Shown here in pieces: positions 51,243 to 62,829 of a stretch of 64,000 bases of DNA (position 1 is its first letter; the number at the start of each line of letters is the position of its first letter). The notes below the pieces were generated by a model. The model made no database searches and was not told the origin of the DNA. It saw only the letters and a program-made list of their open reading frames with translations. A program made the position numbers and the translations under genes. Origin of the DNA: Mobula hypostoma (taxonomy: Eukaryota); assembly GCF_963921235.1 (NCBI RefSeq), contig NC_086097.1:119414001-119478000 (forward strand), written 5' to 3'.

Positions 51243-51709
51243 AGCACAAAATAATCTGCAGATGCTGGGGTCAAAGCAATTCTCACAACACACTGGAGGA
51301 ACTCAGCAGGTCGGGCAGCATCCGTGGAAAAGTTCGGTTAACGTTTCGGGCCGGAACCATTCGTCAGGACTGTAGGGGGAAGGGGCACAGGCCCTATAAA
51401 GAAGGTGGGGGGAGGGTGGGAAGGAGAAGGCTGGTAGGTTCCGGGTGAAAAACCAGTAAGGGGAAAGATAAAGGGGTGGGGGAGGGGAAGCAGGGAGATG
51501 ATAGGCAGGAAAGGTGAAGAAGGAATAGGGGAAAACACAATGGGCAGTAGAAGGAGGCGGAACCAAGAGGGAAGTGGTAGGCAGCTGGGGGAGGGGGCAG
51601 AGAGACATAGGGGTGGGGGAAGGTTGGGGGAGGGAATTACTGGAAGTTGGAGAATTCTATGTTCATACCAAGGGGCTGGCGACTACCTAGACGGTATATG
51701 AGTTGTTGA
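51243..51709 (-). mobile_element. Penelope 3' fragment (second family) with hammerhead at 51335-51372
   Basis: CUGACGA...GAAACGUU motif; 14-bp TSD aacctctgaaatta (51229-51242, 51710-51723). Confidence 0.88.
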
Positions 51710-52054
51710 AACCTCTGAAATTATAACATTAAGGAATTTAAAGTTTATATCATGGCTTTATATAGTGACCTATACAGTATATACTTTGATAATAAATTTA
51801 CCTTGACCTTTGAACAGCCTGGAAGTCGAGAGTGAGTATGACCTTTAACATCCACTAAGGCAGATAAGTATAAGAGCTGGTAACTGAGATTAAATTTGCA
51901 AAGTAATTGTGAGTGAGAATCCCCCACGGAAATGTAATCTGGGCTGATATTGCTTGTCCAAGAACTGTTGACAAGAGATTGATCTTGGAGGTCTGTTTGG
52001 ATAGACTGAACTCATGATTGCTTCTTGTGTCATGGTTCCCTCCAGTTGACATTA

Positions 52055-55000
52055 AGACCATAATACCATAAGACACAGGCCCTTCACCATTCAATAGGTT
52101 TCAATCAGGTCACCCATCATTCTGCTGAATTCTAGTGAATGCAGGCCCAGGGATATCAGACGCTCTTCATATAACAATGGAATCATTGTTGTGAATGCTC
52201 TTTTGAACTGTCTCCAGTTTCAGCACATCCTTTCTAAGATAAGGGGCCCAAAACTGCTCACAATACTCCAAGTGAGGCCTCACTATTGCTTTATAAAGTA
52301 TCAACATTGCATCCTTGCTTTTATATTCTAGTCCTCTCGAAATTAATGCAAACATCACATTTGCCTTCCACAGCACAGACTTAACCTACAAATTAACCTT
52401 TAGGGAATCTTGCCTCCTGTCAAGTACTTTTGCACCTCAGTCCATTTAGAAAGTAGTCAGGCCTTTCTATTTCTTCTACCTGAGTGCATGACTATACACT
52501 TCCCAACACTGTATTCCATCTGCTATTTCTTTGCCCATTCTCCTACTCTTTCGAAGTCCTTCTGTAGCCTCTCCACTTCCTGAAAACAATCTGCCCCGAC
52601 ACTATCTTCATATTGTCTACAAACTTTGCAACAAAGCCATCAATTTCATCATCCAAATCATTGACATATAACATAAAAAGTATCAGTTCTAACACAGACC
52701 CCTGTGGAACACCAGCAGTCACCGGCAGCCAGTCAGAAAAGGCTCCCTTCATTCTCACTCGTTGTCCCCTGCCAAATAATCACTATGTTATCCATGCTAG
52801 AATCTTCCCTGTAATACAATGGGCTTGTAGACTTTTAAGTAGCATTATGTATGGCACCTCGTCAAAGGCCTTCTAAAAATCCAGGTGCACAACATTAACT
52901 GATTCTACTTTGTCTACCTTGCTTGTTGTTTTCTCAAAGAATTCCAACAGACTTGTCAGGCAAGGAAACCATGCTGACTATGGCCTATTTTCTCATATAC
53001 CTCCAAGTACCCTGACATCTCATCCTTGATAATTGACTCCAACATCTTCCCAACCACTGAGGTCTGACTAACTGGCCTATAGTTTCCTTTCTTCTGCCTC
53101 TCTCCCTTCTTGAAGAGTGGAGTGATGTTTACAATTTTCCAGTCTTCCGGAACCATTCCAGAATCTAGTGATGCTTGAAAGATCATTGCTAATGCCTCCA
53201 CAATCTCTTCAACCGCCTCTTTCAGACCCTGGACTGTACATCATCGGGTCCAGGTGACTTATCTACCTTCAGACCTTTCAGTTTCCCAATAAGCTTCAGT
53301 CTACTTGTGGTAACTTCACACATTTCATGCCTCCTGACATCTGGAATTTTCACCATACTGCTAGTGTCTTCCACAGTGAATACTGATGCAAAGTTCTTTT
53401 CAGTTCATCTGCCATTTCCTTATCCCTCATTACTACCTGCCCAGCATTGTTGTTTCCAGTGGTCCAATATCCACTCTCGCCTTTCTTTTACACTTTATGT
53501 ATTGGAAGAAACTTTTGGCATCCTCTTTAATATTATTGACCAGATTACTTTTGTATTCCATCTTTTCCTTCCTATTGACTTCTTTTAGTTCTTTCTGTTG
53601 GTTTTTAAAAGCTTCCCAATTCTCTATCTTCTTACTAATTTTTGCTCTATTATTTGTGCTCCCTTTTGCTTTCTTGCTGGTTTTGACTTCTCTTGTTAGT
53701 TGCGGCTGTGTCATCTTTCCTTCAGAATACTCCTTCCTCTTTGGATGTATATATCCTGTGCCTTTCAAATTGCTTCATGAAGTTCCAGCCATAGCTGCTC
53801 TGCAGTCATCCCTTCCAGATCCAATTCTGGTTAAATCCTCTCTCGTGCTGTAATTCCATTTACTCCACTGTAATACTGATACATCTGACTTTAGCTTCTC
53901 CTTCTCAAATTTCAGGGTGAATTCAATTATATTATTATCACACCCTGGGAAAGGTTTCACTGCTAACATAATGATCTTTCTGTAGAAGCAGTGCTGGGTT
54001 ATGGTTAGAGATAACAGATGTTTTGAAATGTGAGCTGGGTCTTTTGTTCGGTGTGAGATGAAGAGAGAAGACACTGGAAAGAACTGGCCATAGGATACGA
54101 CCCGGTGGGGAGATTGTGATTCGATGGAGCCAGGCAGCCAGATTGACTGAGGATAGGTGAAATGAGCTCCTACTGGTGCACATTTGACTGTTTAATTATA
54201 ATGGGCCTTTATTTGTTTTTTCTTTCTTTTCTTTACTAACCCTTTAGATAAAATTCATAAGTATAATTCTTTTAATTGTATGCAGTGTGGTGTCTGTTGT
54301 TTCTTGGCACTGCGTTGTAACAGAATTGCAAATTACACAGCATCCACTCAAACTGGGGTTTGCAGTAGGGACTGTCTCAGTCTCCTGGGTTTGACTGGAC
54401 TGGGGTATGTCTTCCCTAGACTTACACAGCCAAGGAAACCAGTGGGGTTTCATTATGATCACTTTCCCCTTAGGGTTCTTTTACCTTAAGGTCTCTAACC
54501 AATTCTGGTTCATTGTATAATGCCCAATCCAGAATAGCTGGTCCCCTAGCGGGCTCAAACATGAGCTACTCTAACAATCCATCTCATAGGCACTCTAGAA
54601 ATGCCCACTCCTGGGATCCAGCACCAGCCTGATTTTCCCAATCTACCTGCATATTGAAATACCCAATGACTATTGTAAAATTTGAACTTTTGGCATGCAT
54701 TTTCTATCTGCCATTGTAATTTGTAGACCACATCCTTGCTACTGTTTGGGGGTCTGTATACAGCTCCTATCAGGGTCTTTTTACCCTTGCATTCCCTTTG
54801 TTCTATCCACAATGATTCCACATCTTCTAATACTATGTCACCGCTTTCTAATGATTTGATTTCATTTTTTTTTACCAACAGAGCCATGCAGCCCTTCTGG
54901 CTTCCCGCCTGCCCCTTCAATACAATGTGTATCCTTGAAAATTATGCTCCCAGATATATTCTCCTTTCAACCATGATTCTGTGATGCCTACAACATCATA

Positions 55001-55682
55001 CCTGACAATCTGTAACTGTGTTACAAGTTCATCGACCTTATTCTGTATACTGTGTGCATTCAAATATTACAACTAATTTAAACACCACCATGCTGCATTA
55101 TCAAGTCTTCCCACTAAGATGTTAGCCCCCTCCAGGTCAAATGCAAATCATCCCTTCTGTACAGCTCCCACATTCCCTAGAAGAGAGTCCAATGATCCAA
55201 AAATCTTATGCCTTTTCTCCTGCAGCAACTCCTTAGCCATGTATTACACTGTGTACACTTCCTAGTTCCAGCCTCACTCGCATGTGGCATGGTTAGCAAT
55301 CCTCAGATCACAATCCTGGTGGTCCTGCCCTTTAACTTAGCAGCTAACTCCCTGAACTCTCCGTGCAGAACCTTGCCATTCTTCCTGTCCATGTCATTGG
55401 TACCTACATGGACCACAACTTCTGGCTGTTCACCCTCCCATTTATGAATGTTAAGGACTCTGTCTAAGATATCCCAGACCCTGGCACTAGGGAGGCAACG
55501 TACTATCTGGTAATCTTGTTCTCGCCCACATAACCTCCTGTCCGTTTTCCTAACTTACTAATCCCCTTTCACCACAGTGTGCCTCTTCTCCCGCTTTCCC
55601 TTCTGAGTCACAGAGGCAGACTCAATGCCAGAGACCTGACAACCGTGACTTTCCCCTGTTCAGTCAATCCCCCCCTCCCACA
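52055..55682 (-). mobile_element. Decayed CR1 of a divergent subfamily (ORF1 C-terminal half, EN, RT, tail)
   Basis: ORF1 end ANILVGRLDNAAWWCLN*, VYRPPNS, NYRPVSQTSVVGK, GVPQGSVL, RPHLEYC. Confidence 0.88.
53936..54452. mobile_element. Solo LTR inserted in CR1
   Basis: tatcacaccc (presumably tgtca originally) to ggggtttca; 4-bp TSD TTAT (53932-53935, 54453-54456); the CR1 is continuous across it. Confidence 0.72.
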
Positions 55683-56477
55683 ACTGTAGGTTCATGAGGA
55701 GCAGTGTTAAGTCTGGACAGAAATTTTAATTAAAGCCAAGTGTTTAAAGATGCTAGGCAGAGCCAATCTTCAGTCTGGGCAGTGTATAGGTTAACTGGGT
55801 AGATTGGTGAGTAGGAGTCTGACCAAGAGATAATCAGTTTAGTGTGAGTGCCACTTTAATTAACATTGCATAGAGTTGTCCGTGACAAACAAGATGCCCA
55901 TCTATTAATTCCCTGTGCCCGCAATTTACATACCTCTGTTGGGTGCAATGAGTATTTCTTTGTCAATGTGTCAGGATATCTTAGTCTTTAAAATCATTAA
56001 AAGCTGACTCTTCTGTGAATGTTTAGTAACTATTATTCTTGAGACCATTGTAGTTAAAAATTTACCATTCTCTTTGGTTCCTATGTCTGTGTTCAATGGG
56101 AATTTAACAAAACATGATGCAGTGTATCAAAGAGACTGACAATGACTTCACCTGTCACTCTCCTCTTGATGTCATTTTGATCTATTTGACAGGGCTGATG
56201 TACAAGAAAATCTTAACAGAAAGTGAACATACAATGGTGGTGACTGACATTATGACAGCCAGACACATAAGCAAAGATGCTTTACTCTCTGTTATCACAA
56301 CATTCAGCTTCAATCTATTTCTTTTCTTGGCATTGCCATGATATAGAATTAAGACGATGGCTGTAAAAATACCTCTTAAATGTTTTGTAGAATTCCTGTT
56401 GTACTTTGACATATAGAACAAACACAATCACAAATGTTATTAATTCATACCCCAAAAGAGATTAGCTTTATTTCTCA

Positions 56478-56752
56478 GGTGTACATTGAACCATTGAAAC
56501 TTGCAGTGAATGTCATCGCCAACACAGTCCAAGGTGTGCTGGTGGCAGCCTGAATGTGTCGCCATGCTTCCGGTGCCAACATAGCGAGCCCACAACCTAC
56601 CAACCCTAACCCGTACCTCTTTGGACTGTGGGAGGAAACCAATGTCGTCATGGGGAGAATATACGAACTCCTTATAGTCAAGTCAGGAATTGAACTGTAA
56701 TTGAACCGTTGGCACTGTAAAGCATTACATTTACCATTACGCTACTGTGCAG
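56478..56752 (-). mobile_element. V-SINE-like SINE
   Basis: ccgtacctctttggactgtgggaggaaacc central domain. Confidence 0.62.
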
Positions 56753-56924
56753 CCTACAGTAAAACTCATCAAAAGTCCAGACATTAGAGTGGTCTGGCCC
56801 TGTACGCGTTCCTGCTTATCTAATGCATAGAAACATAGAAACATAGAAAATAGGTGCAGGAGTAGGCCATTCGGCCCTTTGAGCCTGCACCGCCATTTAT
56901 TATGATCATGGCTGATCATCCAAC

Positions 56925-59900
56925 TCAGAACCCAGCCTTCCCTCCATACCCCCTGACCCCTGTAGCCACAAGGGCCATATCTAACTTCCTTTTAAACATA
57001 GCTAATGAACTGGCCTCAACAGTTTGCTGTGGCAGAGAATTCCACAGATTCACCACTCTCTGTGTGAAGAAGTTTTTCCTAATCTCGGTCCTAAAAGGCT
57101 TCCCCTCTATCCTCAAACTGTGACCCCTCGTTCTGGACCTCCCCAACATCGGGAACAATCTTCCCGCATCTAGCCTGTCCAATCCCTTTAGGATCTTATA
57201 CGTTTCAATCAGATCCCCCCTCAATCTTCTAAATTCCAACGAGTACAAGCCCAGTTCATCCAGTCTTTCTTCATATGAAAGACCTGCCATCCCAGGAATC
57301 AATCTGGTGAACCTTCTTTGTACTCCCTCTATGGCAAAGATGTCTTTCCTCAGATTAGGGGACCAAAACTGCACACAATACTCCAGGTGTGGTCTCACCA
57401 AGGCCTTGTACAACTGCAGTAGTACCTCCCTGCTCCTGTACTTGAATCCTCTCGCTATAAATGCCAGCATACCGTTCGCCTTTTTCACCGCCTGCTGTAC
57501 CTGCATGCCCACTTTCAATGACTGGTGTATAATGACACCCAGGTCTCGTTGCACCTCCCCTTTTCCTAATGGGCCACCATTCAGATAATAATCTGTTTTC
57601 CTATTTTTGCCACCAAAGTGGATAACTTCACATTTATCCACATTAAATTGCATCTGCCATGAGTTTGCCCACTCATCCAACCTATCCAAGTCACCCTGCA
57701 TCCTCTTAGCATCCTCCTCACTGCTAACACTGCCACCCAGCTTCGTGTCATCCGCAAACTTGGAGATGCTGCATTTAATTCCCTCATCCAAGTCATTAAT
57801 ATATATTGTAAACAACTGGGGTCCCAGCACTGAGCCTTGCGGTACCCCACTAGTCACCGCCTGCCATTCTGAAAAGGTCCCGTTTATTCCCACTCTTTGC
57901 TTCCTGTCTGCTAACCAATTCTCCACCCACACCAATACCTTACCCCCAATACCGTGTGCTTTAAGTTTGCACACTAATCTCCTGTGTGGGACCTTGTCAA
58001 AAGCCTTTTGAAAATCCAAATATACCACATCCACTGGTTCTCCCCTATCCACTCTACTAGTTACATCCTCAAAAAATTCTATGAGATTCGTCAGACATGA
58101 TTTTCCTTTCACAAATCCATGCTGACTTTGTCCGATCATTTCACCGCTTTCCAAATGTGCTGTTATCACATCCTTGATAACTGACTCCAGCAGTTTCCCC
58201 ACCACCGACGTTCGGCTAACCGGCCTATAATTCCCCGGATTCTCTCTCCCTCCTTTTTTAAAAAGTGGGGTTACATTAGCCACCCTCCAATCCTCAGGAA
58301 CTAGTCCAGAATCTAACGAGTTTTGAAAAATTATCACTAATGCATCCACTATTTCTTGGGCTACTTCCTTAAGCACTCTGGGATGCAGACCATCTGGCCC
58401 TGGGGATTAATCTGCCTTCAATCCCTTAAATTTACCTAACACCACTTCCCTACTAACATGTATTTCGCTCAGTTCCTCCATCTCACTGGACCCTCTGTCC
58501 CTTACTATTTCTGGAAGATTATTTATGTCCTCCTTAGTGAAGACAGAACCAAAGTAATTATTCAATTGGTCTGCCATGTCCTTGCTCCCCATAATCAATT
58601 CACCTGTTTCTGTTTGCAGGGGACCTACATTTGTCTTTATCAGTCTTTTCCTTTTTACATATCTATAAAAGCTTTTACAGTCCGTTTTTATGTTCTCTGC
58701 CAGTTTTCTCTCATAATCTTTTTTCCCCTTCCTAATTAAGCCCTTTGTCCTCCTCTGCTGAACTCTGAATTTCTCCCAGTCCTCAGGTGAGCCACTTTCT
58801 CTGGCTAATTTGTATGCGACTTCTTTGGAATTGATACTATCCCTAATTTCTCTTGTCAGCCACGGGTGCACTACCTTCCTTGATTTATTCTTTTGCCAAA
58901 CCGGGATGAACAATTGTTGTAGTTCATCCATGCAACCTTTAAATGCCTGCCATTGCATATCCACCGTCAATCCTTTAAGTGTCATTTGCCAGTCTATCTT
59001 AGCTAATTCACGACTCATACCTTCAAAGTTACCCCTCTTTAAGTTCAGAACCTTTGTTTCTGAATTAACTACGTCACTCTCCATGTTAATGAAGAATTCC
59101 ACCATATTATGGTCACTCTTGCCCAAGGGGCCTCTCACGACAAGATCGCTAATTAACCCTTCCTCATTGCTCAAAACCCAGTCCAGAATAGCCTGCTCTC
59201 TAGTCGGTTCCTCGACATGTTGGTTCAAAAAACCATCCCGCATACATTCCAAGAAATCCTCTTCCTCAGCACCTTTACCAATTTGGTTCACCCAGTCTAC
59301 ATGTAGATTGAAGTCACCCATTATAACTGCTGTTCCTTTATTGCACACATTTCTAATTTCCTGTTTAATACCATCTCCGACCTCACTACTACTGTTAGGT
59401 GGCCTGTACACAACTCCCACCAGCGTCTTCTGCCCCTTAGTGTTACGCAGCTCTACCCATATCGATTCCACATCTTCCCGGCTTATGTCCTTCCTTTCTA
59501 TTGCGTTAATCTCTTTTTTAACCAGCAACGCCACCCCACCTCCCCTTCCTTCATGTCTATCCCTCCTGAATATTGAATATCCCTGAACGTTGAGCTCCCA
59601 TCCCTGGTCACCCTGGAGCCATGTCTCTGTGATCCCAACTATATCATAATCATTAATAACAATCTGCACTTTCAATTCATCCACCTTATTACGAATGCTC
59701 CTTGCATTGACACATAAAGCCTTCAGGCGCTCTTTTACAACTCTCTTAGCCCTTTTTAATGCTTGCCCTGGATTTGTCGGCCTGCCACTTTTACTTTTCC
59801 CCTTTGTACTTTTTGCTTCTACGCTCACTTTACACCCCTCTGTCTCTCTGCACTGGTTCCCATCGCTCTGTTGTGAACTAACCTCCTCACACCTAGCCTC

Positions 59901-59933
59901 TTTAATTTGATTCCCACCCCCCAACCATTCTAG
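56925..59933 (-). pseudogene. CR1 ORF2: APE endonuclease plus reverse transcriptase, one in-frame nonsense codon (58407-58409)
   Basis: NARSI, GITETW, VYRPP, MGDFN, SDH; NYRPVS, DFQKAFD, GVPQGSVLGP, FADD. D*SPGPDG replaces DKSPGPDG with the frame preserved. Confidence 0.95.
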
Positions 59934-60865
59934 TTTAAAGTCACCTCAGTAGCCCCCGCTAATCTCCCTGCCAGGATATTGGTCCCCCTAGGATTTAAGT
60001 GTAACCCGTCCTTTTTGTACAGGTCACACCTGCGCCAAAAGAGGTCCCAATGATCCAAAAACTTGAATCCCTGCCCCCTGCTCCAATCCCTCAGCCACGC
60101 ATTTATCCTCCACCTCATCGCATTCCTACTCTCACTGTCGCGTGGCACAGGCAGTAATCCCGAGATTACTACCTTTGCGGTCCTTTTTCTCAACTCCCTT
60201 CCTAGCTCCCTATATTCTTCTTTCAGGACCTCATCCCTTTTCCTACCTATGTCATTGGTACCTATATGTACCAGGACCTCTAGCTCTTCACCCTCCCACT
60301 TCAGGATATCTTGGACACGATCAGAAATATCCCGGACCCTGGCACCAGGGAGGCAAACTACCATCCGAGTCTCTGGACTGCGTCCACAGAATCGCCTATC
60401 TGACCCCCTTACTATCGAGTCCCCTATCACAACTGCCCTCCTCTTCCTTGCCCTACCCTTCTGAGCTACAGGGCCAGACTCTGTGCCGGAGGCAGGGCCA
60501 CTGTCGCTTCCCCCGGGTAAGCTGTCCCCTCCAACAGTACTCAAACAGGAGTACCTGTTGTTAAGGGGCACAGCCGCCGGGGTACTCCCCATCACCTGCC
60601 TTTTCCCCTTCCCCCTCCTAACCGTGACCCACTTGTCTGCCTCCCGTGGCCCCGGCGTGACCACCTGCCTTCCACTCCTCTCTATCACCTCCTCGCTCTC
60701 CCTGACCAGACGAAGGTCATCGAGCTGCAGCTCCAGTTCCGTAACGCGGTCCCTTAGGAGCTGCATCTCGATGCACTTGGCGCAGATGTAGACGTCCGGG
60801 AGGCTTGGAGACTCCAGGGCCTCCCACATCCGACACCGAGAACAGCAAACTGCCCTCACAGTCAT
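59930..60865 (-). CDS. CR1 ORF1p: zinc finger, coiled coil, SGNH esterase (311 aa from the ATG)
   Basis: CSRC...CAKC, LRDRVTELELQLDDL, GDSIVRG, HIGTND, DGLHL. Confidence 0.93.
   Translation of the reverse strand: MTVRAVCCSRCRMWEALESPSLPDVYICAKCIEMQLLRDRVTELELQLDDLRLVRESEEVIERSGRQVVTPGPREADKWVTVRRGKGKRQVMGSTPAAVPLNNRYSCLSTVGGDSLPGGSDSGPASGTESGPVAQKGRARKRRAVVIGDSIVRGSDRRFCGRSPETRMVVCLPGARVRDISDRVQDILKWEGEELEVLVHIGTNDIGRKRDEVLKEEYRELGRELRKRTAKVVISGLLPVPRDSESRNAMRWRINAWLRDWSRGQGFKFLDHWDLFWRRCDLYKKDGLHLNPRGTNILAGRLAGATEVTLN
59933..59939 (-). promoter_or_regulatory. Candidate -1 frameshift slippery site U UUA AAC
   Basis: In the ORF1 frame immediately before UAG; the -1 frame is ORF2. Confidence 0.65.
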
Positions 60866-61028
60866 AATGCCCCTCTCCTCAAATAGCAACAGAAAATGAA
60901 TGTCAAACCTTCCTCGCCTCGCCCGCTTCCGCCTAAGCCCGGTGAGCCGAAGCCCTTAAGTCTTCACTCTGCTCCCGGCTCACTCCGCCGCCCGCAAACT
61001 ACGCTGCCCGCTCTATGAGGCTTTGTTC

Positions 61029-61687
61029 CTTTTAAATCTGCCGTGCTGCACTGCCCGACGTCACACGCCTGCGCAGTCCCGCCTCTCAGAAAGCCGTTGG
61101 AGAAAAAAAATAACGAAAATTTCAAAAATCTCTTTCTCGGCACTCCCACTCAGACTCTCAGACTCCTTCTTCGAATCAAATCCGAAGCAGGATGTCTGCC
61201 CTTTTAAATCTGCCGCGCTGCACTGCCCGACGTCACACGCCTGCGCAGTCCCGCCTCTCAGAAAGCCGTTGGAGAAAAAAAAATAACGAAAATTTCAAAA
61301 ATCTCTTTCTCGGCACTCCCACTCAGACTCTCAGACTCCTTCTTCGAATCAAATCCGAAGCAGGATGTCTGCCCTTTTAAATCTGCCGCGCTGCACTGCC
61401 CGACGTCACACGCCTGCGCAGTCCCGCCTCTCAGAAAGCCGTTGGAGAAAAAAAAATAACGAAAATTTCAAAAATCTCTTTCTCGGCACTCCCACTCAGA
61501 CTCTCAGACTCCTTCTTCGAATCAAATCCGAAGCAGGATGTCTGCCCTTTTAAATCTGCCGCGCTGCACTGACCGACGTCACACGCCTGCGCAGTCCCGC
61601 CTCTCAGAAAGCCGTTGGAGAAAAAAATAACGAAAATTTCAAAAATCTCTTTCTCGGCACTCCCACTCAGACTCTCAGACTCCTTCT
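61029..61687 (-). repeat. About 3.8 tandem 172-173-bp monomers in the CR1 5' UTR
   Basis: cttttaaatctgccg recurs at 61029, 61201, 61374 and 61547; copies are near-identical and differ mainly in A-run length. Confidence 0.95.
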
Positions 61688-62829
61688 TAGACGGTGACAC
61701 CAGATTATAGATTGTAATACTTTGGAATGCTTTAACAATCTGCAACTTCGTCAGCCGTAGACCAAAAATCTCTACAAAACTTAGCTCGTGACAATCTCTC
61801 TATAAAATTTAGCTTGTAGCAATGATCATGCTAAAACCAGTACACTTAGCAGCAACTTCTTTAGAAATGCTGCCCTCCACTGCCCCATTGCCAAACGTTT
61901 CTCCAGCATGTTAGCCAAATTACCATAGGACCAAAAGCCATAGCAGCAGAGTTAGGCAATTCAGCCCACTGTATCTGCTTTGCCTATGTCTGTATATGTC
62001 AATATATACATATCTGAAATTGAATCTGTCTAATTATGACATTGTGTCAGAGAGCACAAGAGTTTGGAATCCATTAGAGTATGGTAAATGAAATGGAATG
62101 TTTTTTGGACATCATTGCGAACTTGGTTTTTGATGAGCATATAGTTATTATACCTACCTTTTCCGAGTCGCTACATATCAGTCATCAGCTCTGTTACCAT
62201 GTAGCTCTGAATGGGGCAAAGTTGTGCAGACAAAAAGTACATCACGTGGCCTATGTATTTGCTAAAATTGAAGTTTGCTCAAAGGAAGTTCTGTTCTTTC
62301 TGCTCATAAGGAAGTTGATGGGGGAAATGCTGTGGATTTTCAGCATGGCATGGGAAATCCCAAACTAGAAATTGAATATCTTTTTCCAGGAAATTTCTTA
62401 GCTTACATCACACTTCTTTTGTTGGATTAATCAAAAGTGGTGACGAATCAGCATATAGGACAGAAATTGAAAACCTGGTTGAATGAAGCCACAGCACCCA
62501 ATAGCAGCAAAACCAAGAGCTGAATATCGACTACAGGAGGAAGAAGACAGAAGTCCATGCGGCAGTCCTCATCAGGGGATCAGAGGTGAAAAGGGTCTGT
62601 AGCTTTAAATCCCTTGGCATTAACATGTTAAAGGTTCTGTCTTCAGACTAACATACAAATAAGACGGGAGTTTGTGTAGATTCGTCATGTCAAATAAACT
62701 TTAACCAACTTCCACAGATGTATAGTGGAGAGTATCCTAACCGGTGGCAACGTGGCCTGGCGTGGAATCACCAATGGTCAGGAATGGAAAAGCCTACAGA
62801 AAGTGGTTGATACATACAAGGATTTGTGG

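Larger units (their letters stand above)
56826..61687 (-). mobile_element. Young full-length CR1 LINE
   Basis: Monomeric 5' UTR, intact ORF1, ORF2 with one stop, 3' UTR and (ATGTTTCT)n tail. Confidence 0.96.

Noticed and set aside
56815..56830. TSD for the full-length CR1
   Set aside because: No matching duplication found at the 5' flank (61688 onward).
58810..59586. 258-aa plus-strand ORF and other ORFs antisense to CR1
   Set aside because: Antisense shadows of CR1 ORF1/ORF2 with no independent motifs.
61029..61687. CRISPR-like array
   Set aside because: The units are contiguous near-identical monomers with no unique spacers, there are no cas genes, and the context is a eukaryotic LINE.
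62158..62210. Minus-strand exon with kinase-like YMVTELM
   Set aside because: The splice signals are good but all three frames contain a stop.
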